From: a virus
Taxonomy: Duplodnaviria; Caudoviricetes
Reading direction: 5' to 3' (one strand)
DNA: 64,000 nucleotides
IMG/VR virus record: IMGVR_UViG_2721755486_000001
Location: 96,001-160,000 of that record
Positions 9,609 through 19,062 of this stretch are shown here, piece after piece. The translations under genes were made by a program, and so were the position numbers. The notes beneath the pieces are model-generated. The model had not been told where the DNA came from and ran no database searches. It saw only the letters and a list, made by a program, of their open reading frames with translations. Each line of letters opens with the position of its first letter. Position 1 is the first letter of the stretch.

Positions 9609-10298
9609 TTACGCGGGCGCTGCTGGCCCCCGGTTCCTGCTGCGCAGGTGCTCGAGGAAGTCGGCGAACGTGAACTTGCCCGCCGCGATGGCGGCCTGGA
9701 ATCGCTGCCCCCATTCGGCGATGGCCACCCGCTCCTCGGGGGTCATCCCGTCGCGCCAGGCTTGCCATTCCCGTTCGCTTTCCGCGGCCAGGCGCGCGTC
9801 CTCCTCGGCCTGCCAGACCTGGTGGGCCGCATCGTCGCGGGCACGCTGCTCGGCCATGTCCCGCAGCATGCGGTTCCACGCTTCGAGCATCAGCTCGCGG
9901 TGGCGCTTGAACGACGGCAGCGGGGCGGGCCAGGGCACCCGTCCGGGGGTGTTCGAACGCATGGTACTCAGCTCACGCAGGACCTCCGCCTCGACGTCGG
10001 CCAGGCGGTGCTCGGCGGCGGCCAGCTCGTCGTACTTGCGGGGCAGGTTGCGCATGCGGTAGTCCAGCTCCTCCTGCTGCCGTTCGATGCGGGTCTGCAC
10101 CGGGTACGAGTCGACCCCGTTGTTCCCGTACCGCTTGCTCGCGTAACCGTGCGGGTCCGTCTCGAACTCGGTCAGCTCTTTCGTGCTGCTTTTGATGCGA
10201 CGGTCATAGTCGATGATCGAATCGCGGGCGCTGGTGACCTTGTTCTGCGCGGCGACGATGCGCGAGGCCAGGCGTTTCGGAAGAGGTGGGCGTTCCAT
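9609..10298 (-). CDS. Hypothetical coiled-coil protein
   Basis: ORF from MERPPLPKR with GC-rich third positions and charged helical content. Confidence 0.65.
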   Translation of the reverse strand: MERPPLPKRLASRIVAAQNKVTSARDSIIDYDRRIKSSTKELTEFETDPHGYASKRYGNNGVDSYPVQTRIERQQEELDYRMRNLPRKYDELAAAEHRLADVEAEVLRELSTMRSNTPGRVPWPAPLPSFKRHRELMLEAWNRMLRDMAEQRARDDAAHQVWQAEEDARLAAESEREWQAWRDGMTPEERVAIAEWGQRFQAAIAAGKFTFADFLEHLRSRNRGPAAPA

Positions 10299-10584
10299 CG
10301 TTGGGCGTGCATGGGTCGGTGGTGCTGGACATGCTACACGACGCGAGGTTGCGGTCGTGCTGGGACCCGGTGCAACACCGCCGGGGCCGGAGGCCCGGCA
10401 CTCGAACACCAACACCAGGACACAGGCACCCCGAACGGCGCCGGGGGCAGGGAGCGGGGCGGTGGCCAGGGGTGGAAGGGCGATCCGTTGGCGCGAGCGA
10501 TGGCCCGGAGGGACCGGGGTTGCTGCGGGCGCGGATGCGGCCGTGTTTGCGGTTTAAGGTGTGCATGGGCACACCTTAAATGAT

Positions 10585-10726
10585 GGCTATAGCGAGGCGT
10601 ATCTCGATAGAAAACGATTCCGGGAATGGTGTCGTAGCCCCTTGCTTAAGTATCTCGGTACGAGATGATGAGTATGTAGGCAGCGCGATCGACGCAACGC
10701 CAAATCCCAACCCCAAGGAGTTCACC
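10585..10726 (+). promoter_or_regulatory. Cassette leader family B
   Basis: GCTATAGCG..CGATAGAAAACGATTCCGGGAATGGTGTCGTAG..TTGCTT..TGTAGGCAGCGCGATCGACGCAA..CCCCAAGGAG; near-identical to 12422-12563. Confidence 0.7.
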
Positions 10727-11248
10727 ATGATCCACCTGTCCCGCAACGAAACCCTGGCTCTGGTTCGCAAAGCCCTTCGCGAAGCCTTCCCGGAAACCTC
10801 GTTCACCCTGCAACCGTCGCGCTCGAAGATCACCGAGCACGGTTGCGACAAGACGGTGTTCGTTAAATGGACCGATGGCCCGAACTCTTCGCAGGTCTTC
10901 GAGGTCATCGCGCGGTTCGAGGATCGAAAGCAAGTCTGGGATCAACCAAAGCCGTGGGACGACAACGCCAAGGTTCACCATCTTCTCGACGGTCACGCTG
11001 TGCGATTCGACCTGTCACGGTTCGGTTACAAACGTGAACTGAGCCAAGGGAGCTGGGACGTCATGGTGGCGAACGGGCGTCTGAACCCGACGCTCTACAC
11101 GACCGAAGCCGCGCAAGGCGCCCCGTCGACCCAACGCGTGAAACATGTCGGCAAGGGCACCTGGGAACGTCAGGAACTGCTCGACCTGGCCGCCGCCGCG
11201 ATGGCCGCCAACGGCCCCGCACCGACCCGGATCCGCGCACGGATGTAA
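10727..11248 (+). CDS. LPD29-like domain protein with shared Arg-rich tail
   Basis: LVRKALREAFPETSF..VKWTDGP recalls large polyvalent protein domain 29; ends TRIRARM*. Confidence 0.65.
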   Translation: MIHLSRNETLALVRKALREAFPETSFTLQPSRSKITEHGCDKTVFVKWTDGPNSSQVFEVIARFEDRKQVWDQPKPWDDNAKVHHLLDGHAVRFDLSRFGYKRELSQGSWDVMVANGRLNPTLYTTEAAQGAPSTQRVKHVGKGTWERQELLDLAAAAMAANGPAPTRIRARM

Positions 11249-11339
11249 TCGCACCTCGCCCACAACGCTGCACCCTGGGCCCGCGGAAACGCGGGTTCGG
11301 CCGTACAGGGCACCCATGCCCATCCGTCCGGAGCATCCC

Positions 11340-11990
11340 ATGAGCACCACCCCGTCCACGGTCCTCGCGACCACGCAGGCCCTGACCGCTACCCAGCGCA
11401 AGGTGGAGGCGGCCCGGGCCGCGCTCCTGCAGTTCGACGAGCAGTTCCAGCGCGAGCAGCAGCACCGGGCGCGCGTCATCAACGCGGTGCGGACCTTCGA
11501 CGCCCTCATGGTCCTGCGACTGCTCGAAGGTGGGCCGGAGGACGACGGCCACGTCCGCCCGGGGGCGCCCGCTCCGAAGCGATTCGAACTGGGCTATCAG
11601 ACGCCGGCCGTCGACCTCGCGGGGGCCGTGGGTGTCGCGGAAGAGGTGCAGGCCTGGCGCGCGGTGACCCCGAAGGCCAGCGTCGTGCGTGCAGAGCTGG
11701 ACGGTCTGCTGGTGGAGCTGGTCGATGCCCTCGGCGAAAAGGACCCGTTCGACGGCCGGTTCTACGTTCCGCACGTCCTGGGGACCGCGCACCTGCTGGT
11801 GTCCGTCGGGTGCCGTGACCGCGTGGTGGACGGCGTCCCGTTGCGCGACCTGCTGCATCAGGCCTGGCGCTACAAGCAACGGAAGGACGATGCCAATGTG
11901 GTGCAGGCGGTGCTGGACCGATGGCTCAAACCGCCGCGCAAGCAGCGTGCGAAACCCGACACCCGCGCCAACACCAACCCGGGGGCCTAG
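11340..11990 (+). CDS. Hypothetical protein
   Basis: GGAG RBS before MSTTPST; second gene of a cassette. Confidence 0.65.
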   Translation: MSTTPSTVLATTQALTATQRKVEAARAALLQFDEQFQREQQHRARVINAVRTFDALMVLRLLEGGPEDDGHVRPGAPAPKRFELGYQTPAVDLAGAVGVAEEVQAWRAVTPKASVVRAELDGLLVELVDALGEKDPFDGRFYVPHVLGTAHLLVSVGCRDRVVDGVPLRDLLHQAWRYKQRKDDANVVQAVLDRWLKPPRKQRAKPDTRANTNPGA

Positions 11991-12421
11991 CGGCCCAGGG
12001 CAGGTCAAAGGCAACATCCCCGGGCCCCGCGCAGCGGACATGGCCGGGCCCCTTGTCCGGGCAGCAGGGGCATGCTGTCCGGGTGCTCCTCACTGCAGGC
12101 CTGGACACCGTCCACCACGGCGAGGTCCGCCCGGCCTGGGCCAGCAGATCCAATGTCCGGGCTGTCCAGGTGTCCGGGCAGAAAAGCTCTGGTGTTGCGC
12201 GGAACGGCACGACGGTTCCTCGACCACCGACGGGCCACCCTCGACAACGGTAATCCGCTGTACCACCTGGACACCTGGACAAAACAAGAAGAACCCCAGC
12301 AGCGCCGGGCACCAGACCATGTCCAAGGTCATGCTCGAACACCTGGGCCAGGGCCTGGACCGGCGTCGGATGAGCCCGGTCAGACCCACGTTAATCCGTG
12401 CCAATGCACACGCTAAAGAAG

Positions 12422-12563
12422 GCTATAGCGTTTCGTGTTTCGATAGAAAACGATTCCGGGAATGGTGTCGTAGACCCCTTGCTTCAGTCCACAGGTACGA
12501 GAAACTGAATGTGTAGGCAGCGCGATCGACGCAATGCCAAAACCACCCCCAAGGAGCCTCACC
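12422..12563 (+). promoter_or_regulatory. Cassette leader family B
   Basis: Direct repeat of 10585-10726. Confidence 0.7.
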
Positions 12564-12989
12564 ATGAACGCAACTTTCAACTTCGCCGATGACCTGAAAA
12601 TCGAAGTGCTCGACGCCGGGTCCCTCGAAAACTATGTGCTGAACGACGACGGTATCGAGACCATCGACGGCGAGTTCACGTTCTATACCCTGGCCGTCCA
12701 AGCCTTCGGTCGCACCTTCAACGTGCGTACGCAACAAGAGCCGAACGGTCACCTCATCGTCCCATCCAGCGAGAACACCGGTGAACCGGACACGGACGCA
12801 ATCATGGCCTGCTCGGAATACTTCGCACTCTTCCAGGCGCTGATCCAGAAGCACCTGGGCATTGAGTTTACGGAAGAAGACCACGAGAACAACGAGTGGG
12901 TTCTGCCCGAGAACATCCAGGCCCTGCATGACGCGGTTGTCGCCCACCTCAAGGCCGTTCTGACGGAAGAAATCGCCGCCACCGCCTGA
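12564..12989 (+). CDS. Acidic hypothetical protein
   Basis: AAGGAG RBS; D/E-rich 141 aa. Confidence 0.7.
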   Translation: MNATFNFADDLKIEVLDAGSLENYVLNDDGIETIDGEFTFYTLAVQAFGRTFNVRTQQEPNGHLIVPSSENTGEPDTDAIMACSEYFALFQALIQKHLGIEFTEEDHENNEWVLPENIQALHDAVVAHLKAVLTEEIAATA

Positions 12990-13014
12990 CATCCAGGCTC
13001 CACGTTCGACCAGG

Positions 13015-13039
13015 GCCAGTCCGCAAGGGCTGGCTTTTG
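13015..13039 (+). terminator. Hairpin-U tract, duplicated at ~13553-13577
   Basis: GCCAGTCC-GCAA-GGGCTGG-(C)TTTT on both sides of 13075..13527. Confidence 0.6.
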
Positions 13040-13074
13040 GGTACCAGCACCCCTTACCGAACCGGAGCCCTTCC

Positions 13075-13527
13075 ATGACCACCACCGCACCGTCCACCCC
13101 TTTGACCGTCAAGCAGGCGGCCCAGGCCTTGGGCGTCAGCGACGGGCGCGTGATGCAGCTCCTGCAGTCCGGCGTGCTTACCCTCATGAATCCCACGACC
13201 GCGCAAACCCGCTCGAAGCACCACCTGGACCCGGCGAGGGTGGAGGCCCTGCGTGCGCAACGTGCGGCCAACAAGCGGGACCCCGCGGTCGTGGAGGCAC
13301 GGCGGCTGGCCCGAATCGCCGAGCGTCGACGCATCGACAAACTGCGCCAGGCCCTGGCCCGCGGGTTGATGACCATGGCCGACGCAGCGCGCGAGCTGGG
13401 CGTTTCTCCCCAACGGGCTTACCAGCTCGTGAACGCGGGGCGATTGCCGACGGTGTTGATCGACGGCCGCCGGCTCGTTCGGCGCGAGGAACTCGACGCG
13501 GTGAAAGCGAGACGGGCACGGGGCTGA
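13075..13527 (+). CDS. Excisionase-like protein with two HTH_17-type domains
   Basis: LTVKQAAQALGVSDGRVMQLLQSG; MTMADAARELGVSPQRAYQLVNAGRL. Confidence 0.8.
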   Translation: MTTTAPSTPLTVKQAAQALGVSDGRVMQLLQSGVLTLMNPTTAQTRSKHHLDPARVEALRAQRAANKRDPAVVEARRLARIAERRRIDKLRQALARGLMTMADAARELGVSPQRAYQLVNAGRLPTVLIDGRRLVRREELDAVKARRARG

Positions 13528-13753
13528 ACGGTTCGACCGGGGCAGGGGCCAGGGCCAGTCCGCAAGGGCTGGTTTTGGGGTACCACAACCCCCCCCGATG
13601 AGGTTCTCCATCCTTTCCGGTCAACTCGACGTCCGCGGCCTTGCCGCAGAACTTGGTCTTTCCCAAACCGAGGTCGGCTTTAGGCTGACCAGGAGTGTTC
13701 CCCAGCTTTCCACCAAACGGATGCTCCTGGACTAGGCGGCTCCGGCCCCGGTC

Positions 13754-14227
13754 ATGGGCGAGACGGCGTCCGGTCCACGGCAACCCAGGTTCTCCGGTGA
13801 CCGTTCCCGTTCAGCGGAACGTGCGCCCGTGCCCGAGGGTTTACTCACCCGACGCCAGGTCGCCCAGGAGCTGGGAATCGTCGTGCAGACCGTGTCGTAC
13901 TTCATCCGGCGCGGGGCACTGGCGACGGTACGGCACAACGGACAAAGCTACGTCCAGCGCGACAGCCTGGAATCGTTCCGCGCGAGCCGATACAGCGCGG
14001 CACGTACGACGCCGACGACGCTGAACGGGGAGGCGGATGTGCTGGGCCTGCACGACGTGATGCGGCTGCTGGGTGTTAACCACCGTCAGGTGGTCGATCG
14101 GCTGGTCCGCGAGGGGCGGCTCAAAGGTACCCGCCCGGACGGCAAGCTCGTCGTGCATCGCGCCGATCTGGAGGCGTTCATGCACGAGCAGCCACGTCGC
14201 AGGGGACGCAAGCCCGTGAAGAACTGA
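13754..14227 (+). CDS. Excisionase-like protein with two HTH_17-type domains
   Basis: LTRRQVAQELGIVVQTVSYFIRRG; LHDVMRLLGV..LVREGRL; start uncertain. Confidence 0.7.
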   Translation: MGETASGPRQPRFSGDRSRSAERAPVPEGLLTRRQVAQELGIVVQTVSYFIRRGALATVRHNGQSYVQRDSLESFRASRYSAARTTPTTLNGEADVLGLHDVMRLLGVNHRQVVDRLVREGRLKGTRPDGKLVVHRADLEAFMHEQPRRRGRKPVKN

Positions 14228-14258
14228 CACCGAGCACAAGGGGGAAACAGGCACCGGT

Positions 14259-14533
14259 GCGAAAACATCAAAAGCTGGGCACAAGGCCCACTCGACCCCG
14301 GCCCGCGCAGCGGAGGAAGCGGGGCTCCAGGGCGCACGCCCGAACATCGCACGCGATCGGGGAGGGCCCATGCCCGTGGGGCAGGTGAAGCGATGAGCAT
14401 GGAGGGTGGCCGGAGGCTCGGGGTTGCAACGGGGCGTGAGCCCCGTTTTTCATGTGCCGTGGCACGGGCCAACCGTTCACCGCGGGGAGGGTCGACCGTT
14501 CGTCAGATAGCACGAAGTTTCTGCGTTCTTACC
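14259..14533 (+). repeat. ~270-bp imperfect direct repeat (second copy 16218-16486)
   Basis: CTGGGCACAAGGCCCACTCG..GCGGGGCTCCAGGGCGCACGCCCGAA..GAGCCCCGTTTTT..palindrome..GTCGACCGTTCGTCAGATAGCACGAAGTTTCTGCGTTCTTACC in both. Confidence 0.8.
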
Positions 14534-14534
14534 G

Positions 14535-14562
14535 TTGCTAAAGACATTGGGGTTTGTAGACT
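14535..14562 (+). promoter_or_regulatory. Cassette promoter TTGCxx..TTTGTAGACTGA (family B)
   Basis: TTGCTA-16-TAGACT; TTTGTAGACTGA also at ~16527, ~18389, ~20927. Confidence 0.6.
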
Positions 14563-14619
14563 GAGTTTATAGGCAGCGCGCAACGACGCAACGCCATCAC
14601 CCCACCCCCGGAGTTCCTC

Positions 14620-15333
14620 ATGATCACCACGACCAGCCCCCTGAAGACCATCGAAGCCATCCGCCGCAGCGCGTACCTCGTGGCCCTCTACTTCACGAAG
14701 ACCACCAGCGAGACCATGCGCATGGAGTTCGACGCCACTGCTGTGGTCAGCGTGACGGTGGACGGCGTGGAGTACATGGTCAAGGTGAGCCGCAGCGCCG
14801 TGGGCGGCGTGGCGATGGAAGAGGACGAGAAGAGCGGTTGCGCAACGCTGAACGTGGCCCTGGACAAAGCCTTGGGCGAAGGCGTGACGCGGCGCGAGCG
14901 GCACGGCATCGAGCGCGAGATTTACCGCACCGCAGGTCTGGCCTTCGACGACGCCGACGATGCACTGACGGCGAAGGGCGCCGGCCTGGTGAACGCGGTT
15001 CGTGCGGCCGAGGCCTTGGGCGATGCGAACCTGCGCGGCATGCTGACCGAACTGCTGGTCCGCGCGCTGCTGGAACGTCACACCCACGTGCTGAACGCGC
15101 TCAGCGGAATCCGGGGTTTGGCGCACCTGGTGTCGAGCGGCCGCCTGCCGGACAGCTCGCTGAGCGAGGTGCTGCGCGAGTTCGCCACGGTCTACAGCCG
15201 GGTCAAGCGGTCCACCGGCGTGCGTCTCGAAGCGCTCCGCAAAGCGTCCGAGGTTCCGGTGACCGAGATCGGCAACGTGAACGTGGTCGCCGACCTCATC
15301 GACACCCTCTACGCGGACGTGGTCCTCCCGTAA
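14620..15333 (+). CDS. Hypothetical protein
   Basis: 237 aa, GGAG RBS after family-B leader. Confidence 0.75.
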   Translation: MITTTSPLKTIEAIRRSAYLVALYFTKTTSETMRMEFDATAVVSVTVDGVEYMVKVSRSAVGGVAMEEDEKSGCATLNVALDKALGEGVTRRERHGIEREIYRTAGLAFDDADDALTAKGAGLVNAVRAAEALGDANLRGMLTELLVRALLERHTHVLNALSGIRGLAHLVSSGRLPDSSLSEVLREFATVYSRVKRSTGVRLEALRKASEVPVTEIGNVNVVADLIDTLYADVVLP

Positions 15334-15437
15334 GGACCGATCGACCAACGTTCAACCAGGGCCCGCGGCAACGCGGGTTTTGGCATAACGGGCCCCATGT
15401 CTTACCCTTCACGCTTGACGCAGGAGAACCGCTCACC

Positions 15438-16184
15438 ATGTCCGCACGCATTACCCCCACCACCGTTCAGGGCCAGGCCTGCCTTCGGCTGAAGGACGCC
15501 ACCGCGTACCTGGGCATGGCCACGAGCAGTAAGCCGTCGGTCTGGCGCAAGGTCCAGTCCGGCGTGTTGCACGGTCTTCAGGACGCCCGGGGCACGTGGT
15601 TTGTCCCGGTCGCGGAGCTGGACCGCTACCTGGCCCAGGCCGCCGACACCTCGCGGGTGGGCCCTCGCGAAGCGGCGGAGCTGCTCGGCGTCTCCATTTT
15701 CACGGTCAAGGCCTGGGCGGAGCGCGGCGTGCTGGACGGCACCCAGGACGATCGGGGCCGGTGGTCGTTCGCACGCAAGACCGTTTCGGCCCACGCGCGG
15801 ACCCTCGTGGAGCAGCGCGAGGGCCTCACCACGTCCGAGGCTGTCCGATTGTGCGGGTTCGGGCACGCCACGACGTTGAACGCGGCGGTGGACCGTGGTG
15901 AGATCCGTGCGTTCGTCGACGCCAGCGGCCGGCGCCGGTTCAAGCAGGACGAGCTGGCGCGATTCCTCGCCGAGCGCGCGAAGCTGGATCCCAACGTGCC
16001 GGGCACCATGAGCAGCCGGGAGGCGGCGGACGTCTTGGGTTTTGCAGCGCTGAGCAGTGTCGGGTGGTTCGCCGAGCGCGGGCACCTGGACCGCGTCCGC
16101 GTCGGGCGGTACTGGCGCTACCCGGTGAAGTCTGTCCAGGCGTTCAAGCGGCAGCGGGACAAGCAGGCCCAGGCCAAAGGCTGA
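15438..16184 (+). CDS. Excisionase-like protein with four tandem HTH_17-type domains
   Basis: LRLKDATAYLG; VGPREAAELLGVSIFTVKAW; LTTSEAVRLCG; MSSREAADVLG; AGGAG RBS. Confidence 0.8.
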   Translation: MSARITPTTVQGQACLRLKDATAYLGMATSSKPSVWRKVQSGVLHGLQDARGTWFVPVAELDRYLAQAADTSRVGPREAAELLGVSIFTVKAWAERGVLDGTQDDRGRWSFARKTVSAHARTLVEQREGLTTSEAVRLCGFGHATTLNAAVDRGEIRAFVDASGRRRFKQDELARFLAERAKLDPNVPGTMSSREAADVLGFAALSSVGWFAERGHLDRVRVGRYWRYPVKSVQAFKRQRDKQAQAKG

Positions 16185-16217
16185 ACCAGGGGCGGGGTGG
16201 GGAACACCGGAACCGGC

Positions 16218-16486
16218 GCGAAAACCAAAACCTGGGCACAAGGCCCACTCGGCCCCGGCACCGCGGAGCGGATGGGAGCGGGGCTCCAGGGCGCACGCCC
16301 GAAGAACGCACGCGGAGGTGGCGCCGGTCAGGGGCGCGGTGAGGTGGCAGGGCGTCGACCGCAGGTGATGGCCCTGTGGTGAGTTGGTCGCGAGCCCCGT
16401 TTTTTCATGTGCCCTGGCACGGGTCAAGCATTCACCGTCGAGGGTCGACCGTTCGTCAGATAGCACGAAGTTTCTGCGTTCTTACC
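16218..16486 (+). repeat. ~270-bp imperfect direct repeat, second copy
   Basis: Aligns with 14259-14533. Confidence 0.8.
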
Positions 16487-16592
16487 ACACAAATCCCGCT
16501 TACCGCCGTTGCTTGTTTTGATGGGTTTTGTAGACTGAATGTATAGGCAACGCGCAACGACGCAATGCCACAACCCCACCCCGGAGTCCTCC

Positions 16593-16775
16593 ATGCGCCC
16601 CATCGTTCACCTCTTCTTCCTCCTGGTCACCGTGCTCCTGATCGGACTTCTGTCCGTCGCTCAGCACATCGGCCGTGGCCACCTGGCCAGCGTCGTCCTC
16701 CTCACCTCCTTCCCGCTGGGCATGGCCGGCACCGCGCTGTACCTTGCGATCCGCGACCGCGTGAAGCGCACCTGA
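16593..16775 (+). CDS. Small two-TM membrane protein
   Basis: GGAG RBS before MRPIVHLFFLL. Confidence 0.6.
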   Translation: MRPIVHLFFLLVTVLLIGLLSVAQHIGRGHLASVVLLTSFPLGMAGTALYLAIRDRVKRT

Positions 16776-16844
16776 ACCCACCGTCCAACCACTTGGCCCG
16801 TCGGGAGGCGGGCACCCCTCACACCCACCCCACGAGATTCGATC

Positions 16845-17279
16845 ATGACCACCGCTACCCCCACCAGCCCCGCCGACTTGAAATCCGGGATCAACTTCAC
16901 GTTCCGGAAGCTCCACCTCACCACCAAGTCCGTCGTGCGCTTCATCGCGCACAGCGGCAAGGTGTTCGAAGCGACCAGCCTCGAGGAAGCCATCGAGCTG
17001 GCCGAGGACGGCCTCGGCGTCTCGCTCGACTACGGTATGGAGGAACACGGTCGTCTCGAACGCGTGACCCTGGTCCGCAGCCGGTCCGGCAAGTGGCTCG
17101 AGCCGAAGGTTCGGCGTGAACGGGTTTGGCCGAACACGCCGGAATGGCAGGCGGTCCGTCAGACCCTTCGGGACGTGCTCGACGCGTTCCAGAACCGCGC
17201 CTTGGTTGGCCCGTGCCCCTACGACGAGGACGGCTACCTCCCGGGCGAGCGCGAGGCGGAGGCGGCGCTGGCCTGCTGA
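16845..17279 (+). CDS. Hypothetical protein
   Basis: 144 aa, GC-rich third positions. Confidence 0.7.
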   Translation: MTTATPTSPADLKSGINFTFRKLHLTTKSVVRFIAHSGKVFEATSLEEAIELAEDGLGVSLDYGMEEHGRLERVTLVRSRSGKWLEPKVRRERVWPNTPEWQAVRQTLRDVLDAFQNRALVGPCPYDEDGYLPGEREAEAALAC

Positions 17280-17363
17280 GCGGCAGAGGCACCCAACGTT
17301 GACCCAGGGGCCGCGGGAACGCGGCTTTCCGGGTACCATCCACCGACCCCATCGGAGCAGCAC

Positions 17364-18080
17364 ATGAGCAACGAACAGAAGCCGAACCAGTTTGAGCGCA
17401 AACTCCGGGCGCAAAGCCCGGTGAATGACCTGATCTACGCGGGGTGCTACGACGACGCGATGGCGGCGATCCGTGCGCAGTTTTGCGGGGATGACCAGAC
17501 GGCGGTGCCGGAACGGTTCAACTTCTACCTTGAGAACTGGCTGTACGACGTTGTTGGCGCGGTACGGAAGCCGGAAGGTCGTTCAGCGTTCATCCGAGAA
17601 CTGCTGACCTTGAGCGACCAGGACCCGGTGATGGCGTTCTGGCGCGTCGCGAACACCCACGGTGTTCAGCCCGACGTTTACCCAGACCTGGTGGACATCC
17701 TTCGCGCTGACCTGAACCGCGTGGTCTCGCTTTACGTGACCCCTGGGCTCAACCTCTCCGCCCGGGAGGGCTCCGAGTTCATGGTTGGGCCGTTGTGGCT
17801 GGTCCTCCTGTTGTGCGTGTGCCGGCCGTCCCGGTCCGGTTCGCTCGGTGTGCTGGCGTACAAGAAGTCGTTCAGCGACGAGGACCTCGAGTGGATCGAC
17901 CAGGCCGCGGCCCTGGCGGTGAAGCATGGCGCGGACCTCGGGCTCTGCAACACGGTCACCTGGAAGCGCAGCAAGCCGGTCCAGCAGGCGATGGTGGCGA
18001 ACATCGAAGCCCGGCACCTGCGCCAGGCGGTGGGCGAGGACACGGCCGACCGGGAGCAACCCATCCGCGCACGGGTCTAA
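17364..18080 (+). CDS. Hypothetical protein with shared Arg-rich tail
   Basis: GGAG RBS; ends IEARHLRQAVGEDTADREQPIRARV*. Confidence 0.7.
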   Translation: MSNEQKPNQFERKLRAQSPVNDLIYAGCYDDAMAAIRAQFCGDDQTAVPERFNFYLENWLYDVVGAVRKPEGRSAFIRELLTLSDQDPVMAFWRVANTHGVQPDVYPDLVDILRADLNRVVSLYVTPGLNLSAREGSEFMVGPLWLVLLLCVCRPSRSGSLGVLAYKKSFSDEDLEWIDQAAALAVKHGADLGLCNTVTWKRSKPVQQAMVANIEARHLRQAVGEDTADREQPIRARV

Positions 18081-18107
18081 CGAGCAGGAGCACCGCCGTT
18101 CTCCCAG

Positions 18108-18134
18108 GAGCCCACCTTCACCGGTGGGCTTTTC
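18108..18134 (+). terminator. Rho-independent terminator
   Basis: AGCCCACC-ttcacc-GGTGGGCT-TTT. Confidence 0.6.
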
Positions 18135-18455
18135 CGTTCTGGCGAGGCGATCGGCATCGCCGGGCCCCATGACCCCAACCCAAGCCGGGGCTCACGCCCG
18201 GCACTCGAACACCAGGACCCTCGCACCCGAACGACGCCCGGGGGCAAGGAGCGGGGCTCCACCGCACGCGTTCAGACCGTGCCCTGGCACGCTCTGACGT
18301 CCGGCTATAGCGGTGGTGGGGCCATAAAAAAATACAAAGGGCGCACCCCGTGAATCGTCGGTCCAAGCCGTTGCCAAGGGCATCGGATTTTGTAGACTGA
18401 ATGTGTAGGGCGGCGCGATCGCCGCAGACCCACCACCCCTCCGAGGACCCCCGCC

Positions 18456-18671
18456 ATGAGCACCACCACCTGGAACATGTTTCGCTTCTACCCCAGCAAC
18501 GAGGACCGCTACACGGAGGCACCGACCAAAACGGAAGCGATAGCGCGTGGCCTGGGCCTGGCGGTCGACGAGCTGGATGCTGCGATGCTGACCTCCGACA
18601 ACTTCGCCGAGGGCTACGTCATCCGGGCAGTGCTCGACACCCGACCGGAGTACAGCGCGGCGCTGGCCTGA
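18456..18671 (+). CDS. Small hypothetical protein
   Basis: GAGG RBS after family-B leader. Confidence 0.65.
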   Translation: MSTTTWNMFRFYPSNEDRYTEAPTKTEAIARGLGLAVDELDAAMLTSDNFAEGYVIRAVLDTRPEYSAALA

Positions 18672-18763
18672 TCACCACCAGCACCACCGTTCGTCCAGGG
18701 CCCATCGCGAAACGATGGGTTCGTCCGTACCGGAGCATCCCGCTCCGTTCTACGGACACCACC

Positions 18764-19012
18764 ATGAGCAAGCAACAACACTACTCGAACGACAAAGACC
18801 TGCACCGCCACGTCGCGGGCCTGGTCAAGCAAGGTTGGACCTTCCAAAAAGGGCGGGTCCACGGGAAACTGATCGCACCCAACGGGCGGCGCATGTCCGT
18901 GGCGGTGAGCCCATCGGACCGTCGGGGATTCGAAAACCACGTGCACCAGGTCGAACGACTTCAAGCTCTACCGGCCGCGCCAACACGGACACGCAAGGGC
19001 AAAGGAAGATGA
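18764..19012 (+). CDS. HicA-like small protein
   Basis: LVKQGWTFQKGRVHGKLIAPNG..VAVSPSDRR resembles the HicA pattern. Confidence 0.55.
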   Translation: MSKQQHYSNDKDLHRHVAGLVKQGWTFQKGRVHGKLIAPNGRRMSVAVSPSDRRGFENHVHQVERLQALPAAPTRTRKGKGR

Positions 19013-19062
19013 GGCAGGGCGGGTAGGTGAGGCGGTGCCCTGGCACGGGCACCGCCTGACGG

